DNA from: Eledone cirrhosa
Taxonomy: Eukaryota
DNA: 64,000 bases
Reading direction: 5' to 3'
Assembly (NCBI GenBank): GCA_964016885.1
Contig: OZ024740.1
Span: 222,208,001 to 222,272,000 of the forward strand
Made by a program: the position numbers and the translations under genes. Under the pieces are notes generated by a model, which saw only the letters and a list, made by a program, of their open reading frames with translations, made no database searches and was not told the origin of the DNA. Below are positions 1 through 13,944 of this stretch, piece by piece; positions within the stretch are counted from its first letter, which is position 1, and every line of letters begins with the position of its first letter.

Positions 1-675
1 ACTCACTCGGCCGCAGAATCCAGAATCCGGTGGTACGGAGGACCGTCACCACCAGGGACATCCTTGGCTGCAGTGGATGGCCACGACGTCTGTAGTACCT
101 TGCCGTGCCCTAGCGCTCCACACCGCTTGCTGTCGCCGCCTTCGTGACCGTTGGGACGATGTTGTCCGCCTCCACTCACTCCGCCGGGTCCAGTCTTCGC
201 AAGCAGGGGCAGGCATCCCCTATCTAACTCAACGGGGAGTTTCAGACCCGTCCGGCTACCCTCAACCTGGTTCGGCCCGCCAGCCAAGGCGGTTTCCCGG
301 GGTGTGGCCGATGTCGCATGCTACAGCTTCTTGGGTCCACAGGTGAGTGCTGAGTGTCAGTTGGGACCCAATGCAGGACGAGCTGTCCTGAAAAGGCATG
401 GCTAGCCTTCCCTACAGAGGTACATGCTCCTCCCTGACACCCCAGTCATATACACACGTATATACATACACATACATATGTACATGTGTATATACATATT
501 TACACATTTTTGGATGGCCGTTGACTCTTATGAGTTCTTCTGTCCTTTGTCGGGCTTTGTGTTTTTTGTCCTGCAGGGTGTCCAAAATCACCCTCCTCAC
601 CAAGTGAACTTGGTGGGGTTGCGAGGTTGTACTGGTTTACATGTTACAGGTATCACTCAAGAGTGACCTGACACC
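1..675 (-). mobile_element. GC-rich 5' region of a LINE-like (probably RTE-type) retroelement, continuing off the window start
   Basis: GC-rich block that ends at an AT-rich repeat. Its ~450-675 part recurs in inverted orientation at ~3929-4190. There is no protein motif in the window, so the family assignment is an inference. Confidence 0.4.
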
Positions 676-677
676 AT

Positions 678-1056
678 ATATATAATATACGTTACATATA
701 ATATACGTTAGCTTACCTTATATATAATATACGTTAGCTCAAGTTATATATAATATACGTTAGCTCAAGTTATATATAATATACGTTAGCTGACGTTATA
801 TACAATATACGTTATATATAATATACGTAAGAACATGTTATATATAATGTACATTATATAAAATATACGTTAGCTCAAGTTATATATAACATACCTTAGC
901 TCAGATTATATATAATATACGTTATATACAATATGTTATATATAATATACGTTAAATACAATATACGTTATTATATTATACGTTATATACGATATACGTT
1001 ATATATAATATACTTTATATAAGTGATGCGTTAGCTCTAGTTATATATATTATACG
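678..1056. repeat. Minisatellite of ~16-27 bp units (TATATAATATACGTTA[GCTCAAGTTA])
   Basis: Degenerate tandem units are directly visible. Confidence 0.85.
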
Positions 1057-1641
1057 AATAAACTAATTCAATTGCATACACTTCCCTTTAAATATTTAAA
1101 ATGCGGTAATCTGAACTGTTATACTAATTTAATATTCAAGTTTTAGTTTTTCAGTTAAATGTTGGAGGTTATTTATATAAACAGAAACAACCGTAAAGAA
1201 TAACATATACAATGATCTTTGCGTGTGTATTTTATCGTTTAGTATTTCATTACATATATCTATATATTTTCGTACTTTTCCATTGATAAAAATTAGCTTG
1301 AGTATGTATTTCATATACCCACTTACGTTCATAAATTATTTTCTAATTTTTTCTTGCATAGGCCGTATGTATACACTTTTTGTCTGGAGTGAGAGACCCC
1401 TATTCTTCAATAAGACATCTCTATAGGAGAAGGTCACTCCAATATAAAACCTAAAACTACGTTTGCATCCAATGATGTAAAGCAGTTCTACATTTTGGGT
1501 AAATGCATTCGATGTTCAGTGAGTGGTATTGACTCCGTGCAAAGCCATACCTGACAAACCGTAGGAAAGTCGGTAACAGAAGAAAAAAGATGAGTCAGGG
1601 CTGCTCATTCGATAGCGTTACTTGAAAATGAGTTTCAGCCG

Positions 1642-1717
<76 letters not shown>

Positions 1718-1749
1718 GCACACGCATACACAAACACAAACACACACAC

Positions 1750-1785
<36 letters not shown>

Positions 1786-3928
1786 TGTTGAAACAAGTTT
1801 TAACTGTTTCTCAATATAACCATCGTATAAAAATTAAATGAAGACATGCAGAGAAGGAATTTGCCAGTTAGGGATAAGAAGAAAAGCGAAACATAAAGGC
1901 GAAAGGAAGCTGTATAAGTGTTTACATGAAAAAATAACCTAAAAATATTTTAAAACATATGAAATGCATGTATATATAAACGTATGTAAGGAAAATCCTT
2001 AAAATAAGAAAAACAAAAAATGATAAAAGTAATTTACAGACATAGCAATCCAGAAAAATGTCCGTAAAACGGTAATACGATATATTACCACATAGAAATG
2101 CAAAAAAAACAGTAACTGTTATTATCACTCTAATATATTAAATGTGCTAGTAAATAGAATAACTGGAATGTATGAGAATGTCCACTCGAACAATTTTGCA
2201 TTGGATTTTATTATAGCTGTTATAACTTTGTTTTAGTATTAAAAGGGTTTAGTTAACCGGAAAATAACAGGATACTAAATAAAATTTCCATGAAAATAAT
2301 TGCATTCTATTATGTAATTTGGATCTCAAAATGATTGTAAAATCTATTATGGAGTATTTCCTTAAATGTTGTTCTATAAATTCTATAATTATAGTCATCA
2401 ATCCTTAGAAAATATACACTACTAAACAAATGTTCAACCATCAGATTCATATCTTATGTTGTGTATTGAAATTAGAAAGAAAAACAAGCTCTTTGTTCCA
2501 GATTTGTGGAAGGTTGTTTTGAGACAGCTTCATATTTACTGGGATTTATTTCAATGACGAAGATGGTGTTTCATTTTATTACTGGTTTGCTTCGTCTTTT
2601 TTATGCATGTAGTGATTGTGACTTTAGCTGCTGAAGAAGACATGCTTAGCATAAACCCCATTGTAGAATGTTTCTCTGATCTATCTTCATGGAGGCACTG
2701 TAAGATTAGTGTGTGATGTCTCTGTTGCATGAAAATTACGCTTGAGTGCGGAAGGATAAGAATATTTCATTTTAATAGTCGGAAAACATTATCTAGTTTT
2801 AGATTGCATAATATTTCTTTAGTCGAATCAAGCGTTTCTCCAGTATGAAGCAACAGATTTTATTTTGACGAGTCAAATTGTGAAAAGATTATATCAATGT
2901 CAGTTGTAAAGCTTTTTGATTTGTAAGTATTTACATGTCCAGGTTCTGAGAGCTGATTCCCCTAAGATAGGATTAAACGAGAAAAATCGATTAGAACGGG
3001 CATGTTTGTAATAAACATCTTTGAGTTATAAGAAGTTACAAAAAAACAACAACAAAAAACAAAGGAAAAACATATGATATTCGAAATGACTCCCTTGACA
3101 TCAACCAACTCAATAAAAATAATATCTTTTATATTGTACAAACAAATACAGCAAATTTATGTGAATCATCTGACAGGTGAAACGGGATATTTATAACTTT
3201 TACATACTTAAAATAACATCTTTTTTACATTGCGCTAAATCAAATAATAAAGATGGATGGATAGAATTTACGCGGGATATTTCTTGTGCATCTACATCAT
3301 TAAATCAATAGAGACAATATATTAATTTCCCTCGTCCCCTTAAAAGTGATGATGTCAGCTGTCATACATAAAAAATGAAATCCCTGATAAGATAGAATCG
3401 TTGGGGAAGCGGTGTCATCTTCCTAAATTCGATAGGTTTATATGGAAATATTCCATTTATGCATAATAAATGCCGCTTCGCAGAAATTAAATCCTGTGAA
3501 ATATTCAGATTGGAGCGAATATAGCCGTGATAACATCCATTATCGTAGCCGTTTGAAAAATGGTCTTTTCACTTCCATACGGATTTAGTTTCCTTACATA
3601 AATGATAATAAACCCCCTTTGTCACCCTTCTAGTTTACATGTCAGAACTTGTCAACTCTAAAGGTGATATAGGACGTTGATGTTTTATATATATTTTCTG
3701 CTATACAATATAGTAGCATTACACACACACGTACACACACATACACATACACACACACACGTACACACACCGAAACACACACATATATATATATGTACAT
3801 ATATATATGTATATATATAAATGCATATATATATATATATATACATATATATATGTATATACATTTATATATGTACATATATATAAATATATATATGTAT
3901 GTATATATATATATATATATATGTATAT

Positions 3929-4190
3929 GTCGGGTCACTCTTGAGTGCTACTGGTAACATGTAACCCAGTACAACCTGTCGCATGGTCGGGTCATCGGAG
4001 ACTAAACTGGCACCCCACCAAGTTTACTTGGTGAGGAGGGTGATTTTGGACACCCTGCAGTACAAAAAACAAAACCTGGCAACGGGCGGAAGAACTCATA
4101 AGAGTCAACGGCCATCCAAAAGTATGTAAATATGTATATACACATGTACATATATATGTATATGTGTATATATATGGGTACATGTGTATG
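3929..4190 (+). mobile_element. Second, truncated copy of the repeat terminus at 450-675, inverted
   Basis: GGTCACTCTTGAGTG...CTTGGTGAGGAGGGTGATTTTGGACACCCTGCAG...GGCCATCCAAAA is the reverse complement of ~505-670. Confidence 0.8.
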
Positions 4191-4199
4191 TATATGCGT

Positions 4200-4548
4200 A
4201 GAGATATAGAAATAGTCTGGTTGGACACCCGATCGCGCGGTTAAACCACTGCGAGTGAAGGACCCCTAGCCTTTGTCAGGGCATTCTTCTAGGAGAAGGC
4301 AACTCAGGAAACCTGGATAACTCCGATCTAAAACCTCCGGCTCAGTAGTTACGGATGATGTTGATCTTTTCTTCTTTTCGGGTTATAGCTACTGTAGCTC
4401 AGAGAGTGGGATTGGCTCAGTGCACAGTCTTTCCTCACTTGAAAAAATATCTTCACGCACAGGCATTGCACGGTGGAATTAATTAATAATTGTTAATAAT
4501 GGTATATCGTGCAATGGCCATACTCGATAACGAGGGGGAAGCCATCAT
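4200..4548. mobile_element. Interspersed repeat with an inverted partial copy at ~59017-59220
   Basis: 4346-4548 matches the reverse complement of 59017-59220 (e.g. GATATTTTT..AAGTGAGGAAA.ACTGTGCACTGAGCCAATCCCACTCTCTGAGC). Confidence 0.75.
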
Positions 4549-4850
4549 ATATATATATATATATTTAAAAAAATAGAGGTGTGACACACGAGTTGTGATA
4601 TATTAGTAAAAAGGAAAAGAAAATGCTGACAAATTTTTCCCAGTGAAAAATAGTTTAATTAGTATAAATTAGTATATTGTATAAATTAGTAACAAGTATT
4701 GGTTAGCATTCAGTTTTAGTTTTAAGTTTTTACCGGTTGCGCATTTCTAATGCTTTTCAAAAATAATTTTGAGATAGAGCGCTCGTGATGTTTGCTCTAA
4801 TCGGTAAAAACTTAAAACTAAAACTGAATACTAACCAATACTTATTACTT

Positions 4851-5027
4851 GGCAGTTTCGGTAGAGGGTCGGACGCCATGCTTTCCAGCATAGTTACGTC
4901 CCTTTACGATCCGAGTTCAAATCCCGCCGAGGTTGACTTTGCCTTTCATCCTTACGGGGTCGATAAAATAGAGTACCAGTAATGCACTGGTTAATTCTGG
5001 CCTTGTGCCTGAAGTAGAAACAATTAC
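4851..5027 (+). mobile_element. tRNA-derived SINE with a Deu/Nin-like core, inserted in an inverted-repeat arm
   Basis: B-box-like GAGTTCAAATCC is followed by GCCGAGGTTGACTTTGCCTTTCATCCTTACGGGGTCGATAAAA..GTACCAG and the tail GGCCTTGTGCC..AGAAAC. The same motif set recurs many times in the window. Confidence 0.85.
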
Positions 5028-5124
5028 TAATTTATACTTATTCCTAATTAAACTATTTTTCACTGGGAAACATTTGTCAGCATTTTCTTTTCCTTTTTAC
5101 TAATATATATATATATATTAGCCA

Positions 5125-6566
5125 TCGACCCCCCCCCCCCCTCACTACCACCACACACACATCCTCTACTAACACCACTAACACACTCCCCAGTTTCACC
5201 GTCCCCACCACTCCCGGCCCTCCCCACCCCTTGGCCCACCCCACACCTAATAATACTAAGAACCCCACCCCATCTGGCCAACCCACAACTAATAATACTA
5301 ACATCCCCACCCCTCTCTCTAGCACACGCGCACCCTCACCCTCAACACGCACACACCCACCTGTACATATATACACGCATTCACACTATTCACACACCCA
5401 ACTACCACCACTCACCCCCACCCACACCTCGACATCTGACAACCCCACCACTAATATTACTAACACCCCTCAACCCACCTTCACCCTCACCACACACACA
5501 CGAAAACACATCACACATACACTCACCCACACCTACGTACACACCGATATATCACCCACTCCACACGCACACTACCACCACTACCCCCACTCACACACCC
5601 GCATTAAACACTCTCTACACCACCAGTAATAATAACACCCTATCTACCACACAAATACACTCATATCCACACACGCACACACACACCGGTACACTACACT
5701 CCCTCCTACTGTCCACAACACATTCTCTCTCCCCTCTCTCCCCGCTCTACCAACACACCCCACACATTCATCCCACAAACACCTCCACTAATATGCTCTC
5801 CCCCACACCGCCACCCTCTTCCTCCATATTTCACACCTACCCATCCCCTCCTCTGTCCACCGCACCTCCTCACACATACACACATTGCACACAACATACA
5901 GACCAACACTATACTTGTCAGCCTTCTCACTACTTGCCTGCTGTTACCTCCCTACCGCTATCTGCTTCCTCCCACCTCCTTCGCCCTGCCTTGACCCTCT
6001 GACCACTTCCTGTTGCGCGCGCACCTTACCACTCTCTACTTCCTCACTACCATACCAGGATTTTACACCACTGGTCCTTCGCTCCAGGTAACCACCCTGC
6101 CACGCTCAGAATCGCCAACATCCGGTCTCCTAGTCCGTGAAAAATCCCAGGAACACACACACACACTTACACTATTTTCGCACCTACGCCACCATGCATC
6201 CACACCACATATAAACACACACACACACGTGCGTATCCTCACATACACACACTCAACCTCCGGACTCCACACGCCTCCTCTCCGCCATCCCTCTGACCCT
6301 CTCCATCCACACGCACACACACACCGACTTACACCACACCCCATGTACACATTGGTTTCCCTATTACCCGAACATGGAACTTCGTTCTTCCCCCAACTCT
6401 CGCATTCACATCCACGCACACACATACACACACGTACACATACACACACCCACCACCTTCAGCCCTCCCCGATCGGACCCCCCGTCTCCCTCTCCACTTT
6501 AACATTTGTACTGCCTCTTCGCTTCCACGTTGTTTTTTTGTTTTCTGTTTACTGTTCTCAACTTTA
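5125..6566 (+). mobile_element. C/A-rich 3' region of a Penelope-like element (related to 37430-38145), lacking the HHR segment
   Basis: Shares CACCACCTTCAGCCCTCCCCG.TCGGAC.CCCCGTCTCCCTCTCC and the GTACTGCCTCT terminus with 37735-38145. Bounded by TA tracts. Confidence 0.6.
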
Positions 6567-6622
6567 ATATATATATATATATATATATAATTAATTTATA
6601 CTAAACAATACAATATAATTAT

Positions 6623-6688
6623 CTCATTACCAAAGGTTTCCCGAATAAGACGAATACAAGAAACATTCGCATTCGTTCGTCAGACAAG
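6623..6688 (-). ncRNA. Type I hammerhead ribozyme (family A)
   Basis: Minus strand: cttgt-CTGACGA-acgaat..attcgg-GAAA-cc ttt gg-TA-atgag. Stem I has 5 bp including 2 GU pairs, stem II is an extended hairpin, stem III is acc/ggt, and the cleavage triplet is GUA. Confidence 0.75.
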
Positions 6689-7178
6689 GCAATTTAAAAC
6701 ATTGTGGAATATTTGAAAAATCTCAAGAGAGGCTAAAAGTTTAACGGGCTAAAAATTAATAAAAGTAATAATACAAGAAATGTATAAAAATAAAAATATA
6801 GAAATATAGTAAGCGGATGTGTGTAAATGTGTTTATATGCACATACATATGTACATGTGTGTGTATGTACAACTGCATGTGTATAGTGAAAAAATGTGTG
6901 CGTAAGTACATACATGAGGGGAAACATATTAGTGTATGTGTGACCTCAAATACATATATATATATATATATGTTGAAAATAGAAATCGTAAGATAGTGGT
7001 GTAAGCGTACATACATACTTAGGGACTAAGGGCTGAAATATATACACATACAAGGATGAAAGGACGCACGCGTATAAACATGCACACACGCACAACCACA
7101 TACATGTATGTGATATATACAGAGAGAGCACTCTTCATTCCTCTGACTTTTTCAATTTTCAACGAAAACTTCAATACT

Positions 7179-7212
<34 letters not shown>

Positions 7213-7906
7213 GTATTAGGTTTATCTATATGCATAAATATCATATTATAATTGAATATAAAAGAAAAAGAAAAACGAACACAGATATATAGATATATGT
7301 GTTCAAATCGCACGGGACCAGATTCGGTAAGGTGAAAAGAATACTAACTATAGACAATAGGGTTTGCCTGTCTCAATTTAAGAAAAAAATCAAGAAAATA
7401 AATACAAACCGGAATTTGGTAGTTACCACAATTCCGGTTTGTATTTTTTTTCTTGATTTTTTCTTAAATTGAGACAGGCAAACCCTATTGTCTATAGTTA
7501 GTATTCTTTTCACCTTCGCGAATCTGGTCCTTTGCGATTTGAACACATTTATGTATATATGTGTTCGTTTTTCTTTTATATTCAATTATAATATACGGCT
7601 CGGAAAAATCTCTTTCTTAGAGCTATTTTATTGTAAGAGACTATTTTGAGTTCCTAACTCAATATATACCTTTGATATATACCTTTGTTGTATAAATATC
7701 TATATTTATTATATATAACCCCAACACATATATTCTTGTAAACAAAACTTAGAAAATTATTCATAGCTTAAACACAAAAGCGCATGTCTCTTTACACACA
7801 ATTTCATTAAAAAAGCTGTAATTTATTTTGTATGAAATATGGACGCGTATATAAATAATGCTTTAGGCGCATTTTCAAATACTTATTATTAATAATTTTC
7901 ATATAT

Positions 7907-7961
<55 letters not shown>

Positions 7962-8410
7962 TATAATAATATTATTTATAGTTATGTATACACTATATAC
8001 AACTATAAACAGGAAAGGTCAGTAATTCATTACTACCTTATTACCACTAACAAAAATAGCTCAATGTAAATACATCTGATGTTTTACAGTGTAATGGAAA
8101 AGATAGCAATAACATTGATTTGAACATTACAGAAACAATCATCACACTACATCCACCATAAACTCATAATTTTAATACACAAACATCTTTGCCTGCTTGA
8201 TATGCTTGTAAACCTATGTAAATTTGAAATGATAAAATTAGTGTACGCGTGTTAGTGGACGGGCAATAGGCACATGTATGGTAGTATCGAGTGATATTTA
8301 ATATAGAGATGTTTATATGTATTAGCTATGGAGTTGTGTAGTATAGAAGGTGTACCGTATTATGTAATTGTGGAAAAAGAAGTTAAGGTCATATATAAAC
8401 AAATATTAAT

Positions 8411-8597
8411 TGTTTCTACTATTGACACAAGGCCAGAAAATTACCCAGTACATTACTGGTACTTTATTTTATCGACCCCGTAAGGATGAAAGGCAAAGTT
8501 AACCTCGGCGGGATTTGAACTCAGAATGGCAAGGGCCGTAACTCTATGCGTCAAAGCATGGCGTCCGAACCTCTACCGATACTGCCAATCCACCGCC
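8411..8597 (-). mobile_element. SINE with a 20-bp target site duplication
   Basis: Same SINE family. ATATATAAACAAATATTAAT flanks both sides (8391-8410 and 8598-8617). Confidence 0.9.
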
Positions 8598-8942
8598 ATA
8601 TATAAACAAATATTAATGTGACTGAAAATCAGTTGAATTTGTTGAATGTATCAACTTAACAAGGAGTTGGCCTTTGAGATGTGGACATCCTTTAGAAATT
8701 TTGATATTTGTTTGGAGACTTCACTGGGGGAAAATATATCATCTCCTGGCACCATTAGTATTCCAATTCCAACAGCCAATGGAAACCCGGACTTAATCTG
8801 AACCATCAGCAACATCCGCAGCCTCCAACACTGAACAGACCGGCACCAGGAAATAGTAACGTCTATCCCACTTTACGCATCTATCCGGAGCAACAACAAA
8901 ATACCCGATAAAACATCCCCAACACTGAAACTAGGGAGGAAA

Positions 8943-9368
8943 AACTGCAACTGCAGAAATCCCCGCAATTGTCCTCTTTCGGCTAAATGCTTATATAAAA
9001 ATATAATTAATCAATGTGTGGTAAAATCTAAACTACGGATATATAAATATGTGGGTTCCACTTCAAATAATTTCAAGAAAAGTTGGTATGTGCACATTCA
9101 CACATTTAAAAACCCCAGTTTAGCTAGATCTACGGTCCTGGCGAAAGAAATCTGGGATCTGAAACGCACTAATATTGAATACACACTACAATGGTCGGTG
9201 CTAAAATTCAGCAGTCCATACCGGAACGAAAGGCCCTCAGGTGAACTATGATTGGCGGTGGTAATTGAAATAGCGACCGGAAAGGGCCGCCTAAATTCCC
9301 TGCACGATAGGATATTTAACTGCAAACACAATGTTCTAAAAACCTTCGCTAAGTACAAAGCGGACTAG
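8943..9368 (+). pseudogene. Penelope-like element GIY-YIG endonuclease remnant (Neptune-like Cys linker)
   Basis: One frame with an internal stop: NCNCRNPRNCPLSAKC...YKYVGSTSNNFKKSWYVHIHTF...STVLAKEIWDLK...LQWSVL. This is the typical PLE CxC-CPL-C plus GIY-YIG layout. Confidence 0.85.
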
Positions 9369-9814
9369 AACAAGATTCGATCCCTAATACCTAGATTTTA
9401 CTATATCCTCTTTAGTACCTTTCCTGTAGCATTACAACTTTTCACACCCAATGGATTCAGTAATATTCAAAACAATGCCATTTTCTTAATTCCTTTCTTC
9501 CTTATCAACTCTAGCCTACACTTTATCTCTATCTTATCTTTTTCTGTCCCTCTCATTTTACCCATGGTTTTCATGTTTACCATATGGTAAACATCAAAAC
9601 CATCACCTATACCAAAGGTCAAAGAATAATTGTTCTACATCACGGCACACGGATTGATAATGTGAAACTTATTACCCCCACCTCCTCTCCTCTCTACTAT
9701 CACATTAACTGACTGTATTTCATGCTATTTTTAACTTATTTATATTGTCTTAAACGAAAATCTCATTACTGAATTCTACCTCAAGGTGAACAGTTCAATT
9801 CCACTAATATCTAG

Positions 9815-9926
9815 GCTTTCTGATGAAGTGTAATAAATAATTAAGTATTTCATATGATTGAACAATATATATTGTAGTCAGCATATGTAGACAATTTATA
9901 ATAGACAGGGAAACATAAGTGAAAGC
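9815..9926 (+). ncRNA. Hammerhead ribozyme in the PLE 3' region, long stem II region, probably inactivated (GUG triplet)
   Basis: gcttt-CTGATGA-(~83 nt)-GAAAC ataa GT-G-aaagc. Stem I is a perfect 5 bp. I could not confirm the stem II pairing by eye. Confidence 0.55.
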
Positions 9927-9998
9927 AAATAGATTCATAGTCTCTCTTCACGCCGACGTTTCATTTTTCTTGATGCAATACTTGCTTATATATATATG

Positions 9999-10036
<38 letters not shown>

Positions 10037-10071
10037 GTATATATATATATATCGGGAATTTTACCCGCCCT

Positions 10072-10145
<74 letters not shown>

Positions 10146-10215
10146 GTGAGGTTTTTTTTACAAAATGAAAAATAACCGAGGTATCCTACACGAGTGAAAG
10201 TATAAAGAAAAAAAG

Positions 10216-10832
10216 ATGAAATCGAAAATGCAACTTGAGTCTTATTTTTTAAAAAAATATATATATTTATTTGGTTCCTTTACCGGTTTCGCAGTTCTTC
10301 TGCTTTTCAAAAGTAGAGTTGAGATGGAGGGTCTGTGGTTTTTCTCTCATCTGGTTGGTCTTAATTGTTTTATATGGAAAAAGTGGCTTGAAATGCCAGG
10401 TTTTTCGAGAAGTAATTTGATTGGTTGGTCAATAATTATAATAAATTTTGCGCCAGTTCGCGTTACAAAGTTCTTCAAACAAGTGTGTGGGGGGGGGGGG
10501 GGGGTCACAGGTTGTTTTTTCATATATGAGTGTTTGAATTTATTTTTACTTTAAAAAAAGGGGGCTTACGAAGGCTTTTTCGTGAGCCCCCGAAATTTAT
10601 TATAATTATTGACCAACCAATCAAATTACTTCTCGAAAAACCTGGCATTTCGAGCCACTTTTTCCATATAAAAAAAGTAACATTCAGAAACCAACCAGAT
10701 GTGAGAAAAACCACAGACCCTCCATCTCAACTCTACTTTTGCAAAGCAGAAGAACTGCGAAACCGGTAAAGGAACCAAATAAATATATATATATATTTTT
10801 TAAATAAGACTCCAGTTGCATTTTCGATTTCA
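10216..10832. repeat. Inverted repeat (~230-bp arms) with decayed HHRs at 10277-10313 (-) and 10736-10772 (+)
   Basis: Arms are 10216-10448 and 10592-10832. Stem II is gcag/ctgc followed by GAAA-ccgg-TA. The core has decayed to TTGAAAA or TTGCAAA. Confidence 0.8.
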
Positions 10833-10836
10833 TCTT

Positions 10837-10948
<112 letters not shown>

Positions 10949-11304
10949 TAAAAGTATATAAGCCTACACATATATATAAGCCTACACATATATATAAGCC
11001 TACACATATATATAAGCCTACACATATATATAAGCCTACACATAGTCCGTAGGACTATGTGTAGGCTTATAACCTGGACATTAATTTCCCAATTTGTAGA
11101 AAACTTATAATGAAACAATCGTTTGGAAAGAGAGATGTATTTTAATTATGTCTCATGTAAAATAATACAACTAGCTATCCGCAAAATACGTATAGTTATC
11201 ACCCCAAACGCATAATTCGGATTATACTAAGGTATATCCTAATGTTTGTTGAGTGAGACGGAAGCCGGTCGGAGTATTGCTTAAAGCTTTCTCTGTTAAT
11301 GTAT

Positions 11305-11357
<53 letters not shown>

Positions 11358-11626
11358 TAAAACATGTCTATAGAATCACCAAATAAAATATATACCATTT
11401 CCTCTCTCAATTAGCAAATTAACCGTATAAAAAATCGAATAGACCAGGCTATAAGAATAAGGCTTCTATGAAGAAATCTCCAACAAATAATCGGAACTAG
11501 CCCTTCGCGTCGGCTGCGACGGAATATTTATCGAACATTTCGACAGCGTAATCGCCCAGATATACAGTTAATTAAACAGAATTAGGTGTAAAATAAACTA
11601 GGAGAAAAGAGAATACATTTATTTAC

Positions 11627-11699
11627 CTCGACCATGTTTTCGTCCGCATTTTGAGATTTCCAATAACTTCGGAAACTCGAGCAACGGACTCTTCAGGAG
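11627..11699 (-). ncRNA. Type I hammerhead ribozyme with extended stem II (family B)
   Basis: ctc-CTGAAGA-gtccg..(tttcc/ggaaa)..cggac-GAAA-acatgg-TC-gag. It lies between direct repeats at ~11355-11583 and ~11987-12218. Confidence 0.75.
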
Positions 11700-12431
11700 T
11701 TTGCTCTAATCTAGACAATAAATTTTCCAAAGTGATCGCGCCAAGAATACATTAAAAAATGGCTAAGAATCGTGACGTAGCAGGTTGGAAGGAGTGTGGT
11801 AGTTGCTTACGGCTGGTGGCTTTTTGCTAGAAAGCACAGCACAATACAGCCAAATTTGTATCTCAACCTATCGGGAGATTATTATATATAAATGTTTACA
11901 TATATATATATATACATATACGTGTTTTGCAACGGGTCACTTTGTGGCTCAATGAAAAGTTAATTAATTAAATAATCAGAGCTATATATCATAAAACATG
12001 TCTATAGAATCACCAGATAAAATATATACCATTTCCTCTCCCAATTAGCATAATTAACCGTATAAAAAATCGAATAGACCAGGCTATAAGAATAAGGCTT
12101 CTATGAACAAATCTCCAACAAATAACCGAAACTAGCCCTTAGCGTCGGCTGCGACGGAATATTTATCGAATATTTCGACAGCGTAATCGCCCAGATATAC
12201 AGTTAATTAAACAGAATTTAGTATAATCCGAATTATGCGTTTGGGGTGGTAACTATACGTATTTTGCGGATAGCCAGTTGTATTATTTTATATGAGACAT
12301 AATTAAAATACATCTCTCTTTCCAAACGATCGTTTCATTATAAGTTTTCTAAATATTGGGAAAATAATGTCCAGGTTATGTAGAAGCCTACACATAGTCC
12401 GTAGGACTATGTGTAGGCTTATATACTTTTA

Positions 12432-12516
<85 letters not shown>

Positions 12517-12589
12517 GGAATCGAAAATGCAACTGGAGTCTTATTTAAAAAATATATATATATATTTATTTGGTTCCTTTACCTGTTTT

Positions 12590-12620
<31 letters not shown>

Positions 12621-13002
12621 TAGGTATGTAAGTTTAATTACAAGCGGTGCGCCTTCTGAAGCACTCAAATTTGTTACGAGTTCCATCTCGTATTTGGTCG
12701 TGTACCAGATTTAAGGCGGCTGTAGTTTGCGGAATGTGAATAGATACTACAAATAGATGTAATTATTGTTGAATCGCCACAAAAGCAAGTGACAATGGAT
12801 TCGCGTACAAAACTTCTGTAAAACGGGCGTACCAGTTCGATACATAATAAAAACCTGACTACATATAAAAGAATCTTCATTGTTTTTCTTAATATATACA
12901 CTCTGCCTGAGTATCGAGTGCTCATTTTGGTATCACCACCAGTAATTCACTGAATCACATACACTATATAGATAGATAACTATATATATAGATAACTATA
13001 TA

Positions 13003-13065
<63 letters not shown>

Positions 13066-13791
13066 CTATATATAACTATATATATATATATAATAAAATA
13101 TGGAGAAAAATACTGCAGGTAGCGCATGGATAACATGTAATAAAATAAGTCCCTCATCAGTGATTTGCCGACGATCATAGATATTTCATTGCATTAAAAA
13201 TCATATACCTCACGTCGGTGCAATAATAACTAAAATAATTTATTAGGACAATTAAAACGCGTAAAGCGAGTGAGACAGGAGAACAACAAAGAGTATAGCT
13301 AACCGTAGGGGAATGAAACAAGCTTCATAATTATTCTGTTTAGCATAAGCTAGGTGAATATATGAGCGCTTTAGAAAAAAGACCTTACACGAACGAGGGC
13401 CATGTGAGAAGAGAGAAAAATATAGCTTTCGTGGTGTACGGGATGAAGTGAAGAGAGGAGAAAGAGTGAGTGAGTGAAAGTGTGAGGAAGAGTTAACTGA
13501 CATGACAGAGGGGGGCGAAAGAAAGTAGGAGAAACAGAGAGAATGGGGGGGGGGGGCAGTAAGAGAGAGAGAGAAAAACACAGAATCGCAGTTTGGGTAA
13601 ATATATGTATTAAAATATGGATGAAAATACTGCAGGTAGCGCATGGATAACATGTAATAAAATGAGTCCCTCATCAGTGATTTGCCGACGATCATAGATA
13701 TTTCATTGATAACTATATATATATATATATAACTATATATAACTATATATATATATATAGATAGATAACTATATATATATATATAGATAGA

Positions 13792-13856
<65 letters not shown>

Positions 13857-13909
13857 CTATATATATATATAACTATATATATATATATATATATAACTAT
13901 ATATATATA

Positions 13910-13944
<35 letters not shown>

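Noticed and set aside
2480-2900. Possible decayed LINE RT fragment on the minus strand (EINPSKYE-like)
   Set aside because: Only one weak motif, with no recognisable YADD/FADD.
5060-6567. Pro/Thr/His-rich ORFs (132 and 184 aa)
   Set aside because: Low-complexity C/A-rich repeat sequence shared with another repeat copy, with no domain signature.
10957-11045. Five 18-bp repeats (TATAAGCCTACACATATA) resembling a CRISPR array
   Set aside because: There are no unique spacers and the context is eukaryotic. This is local slippage of one hairpin arm within a repeat unit.
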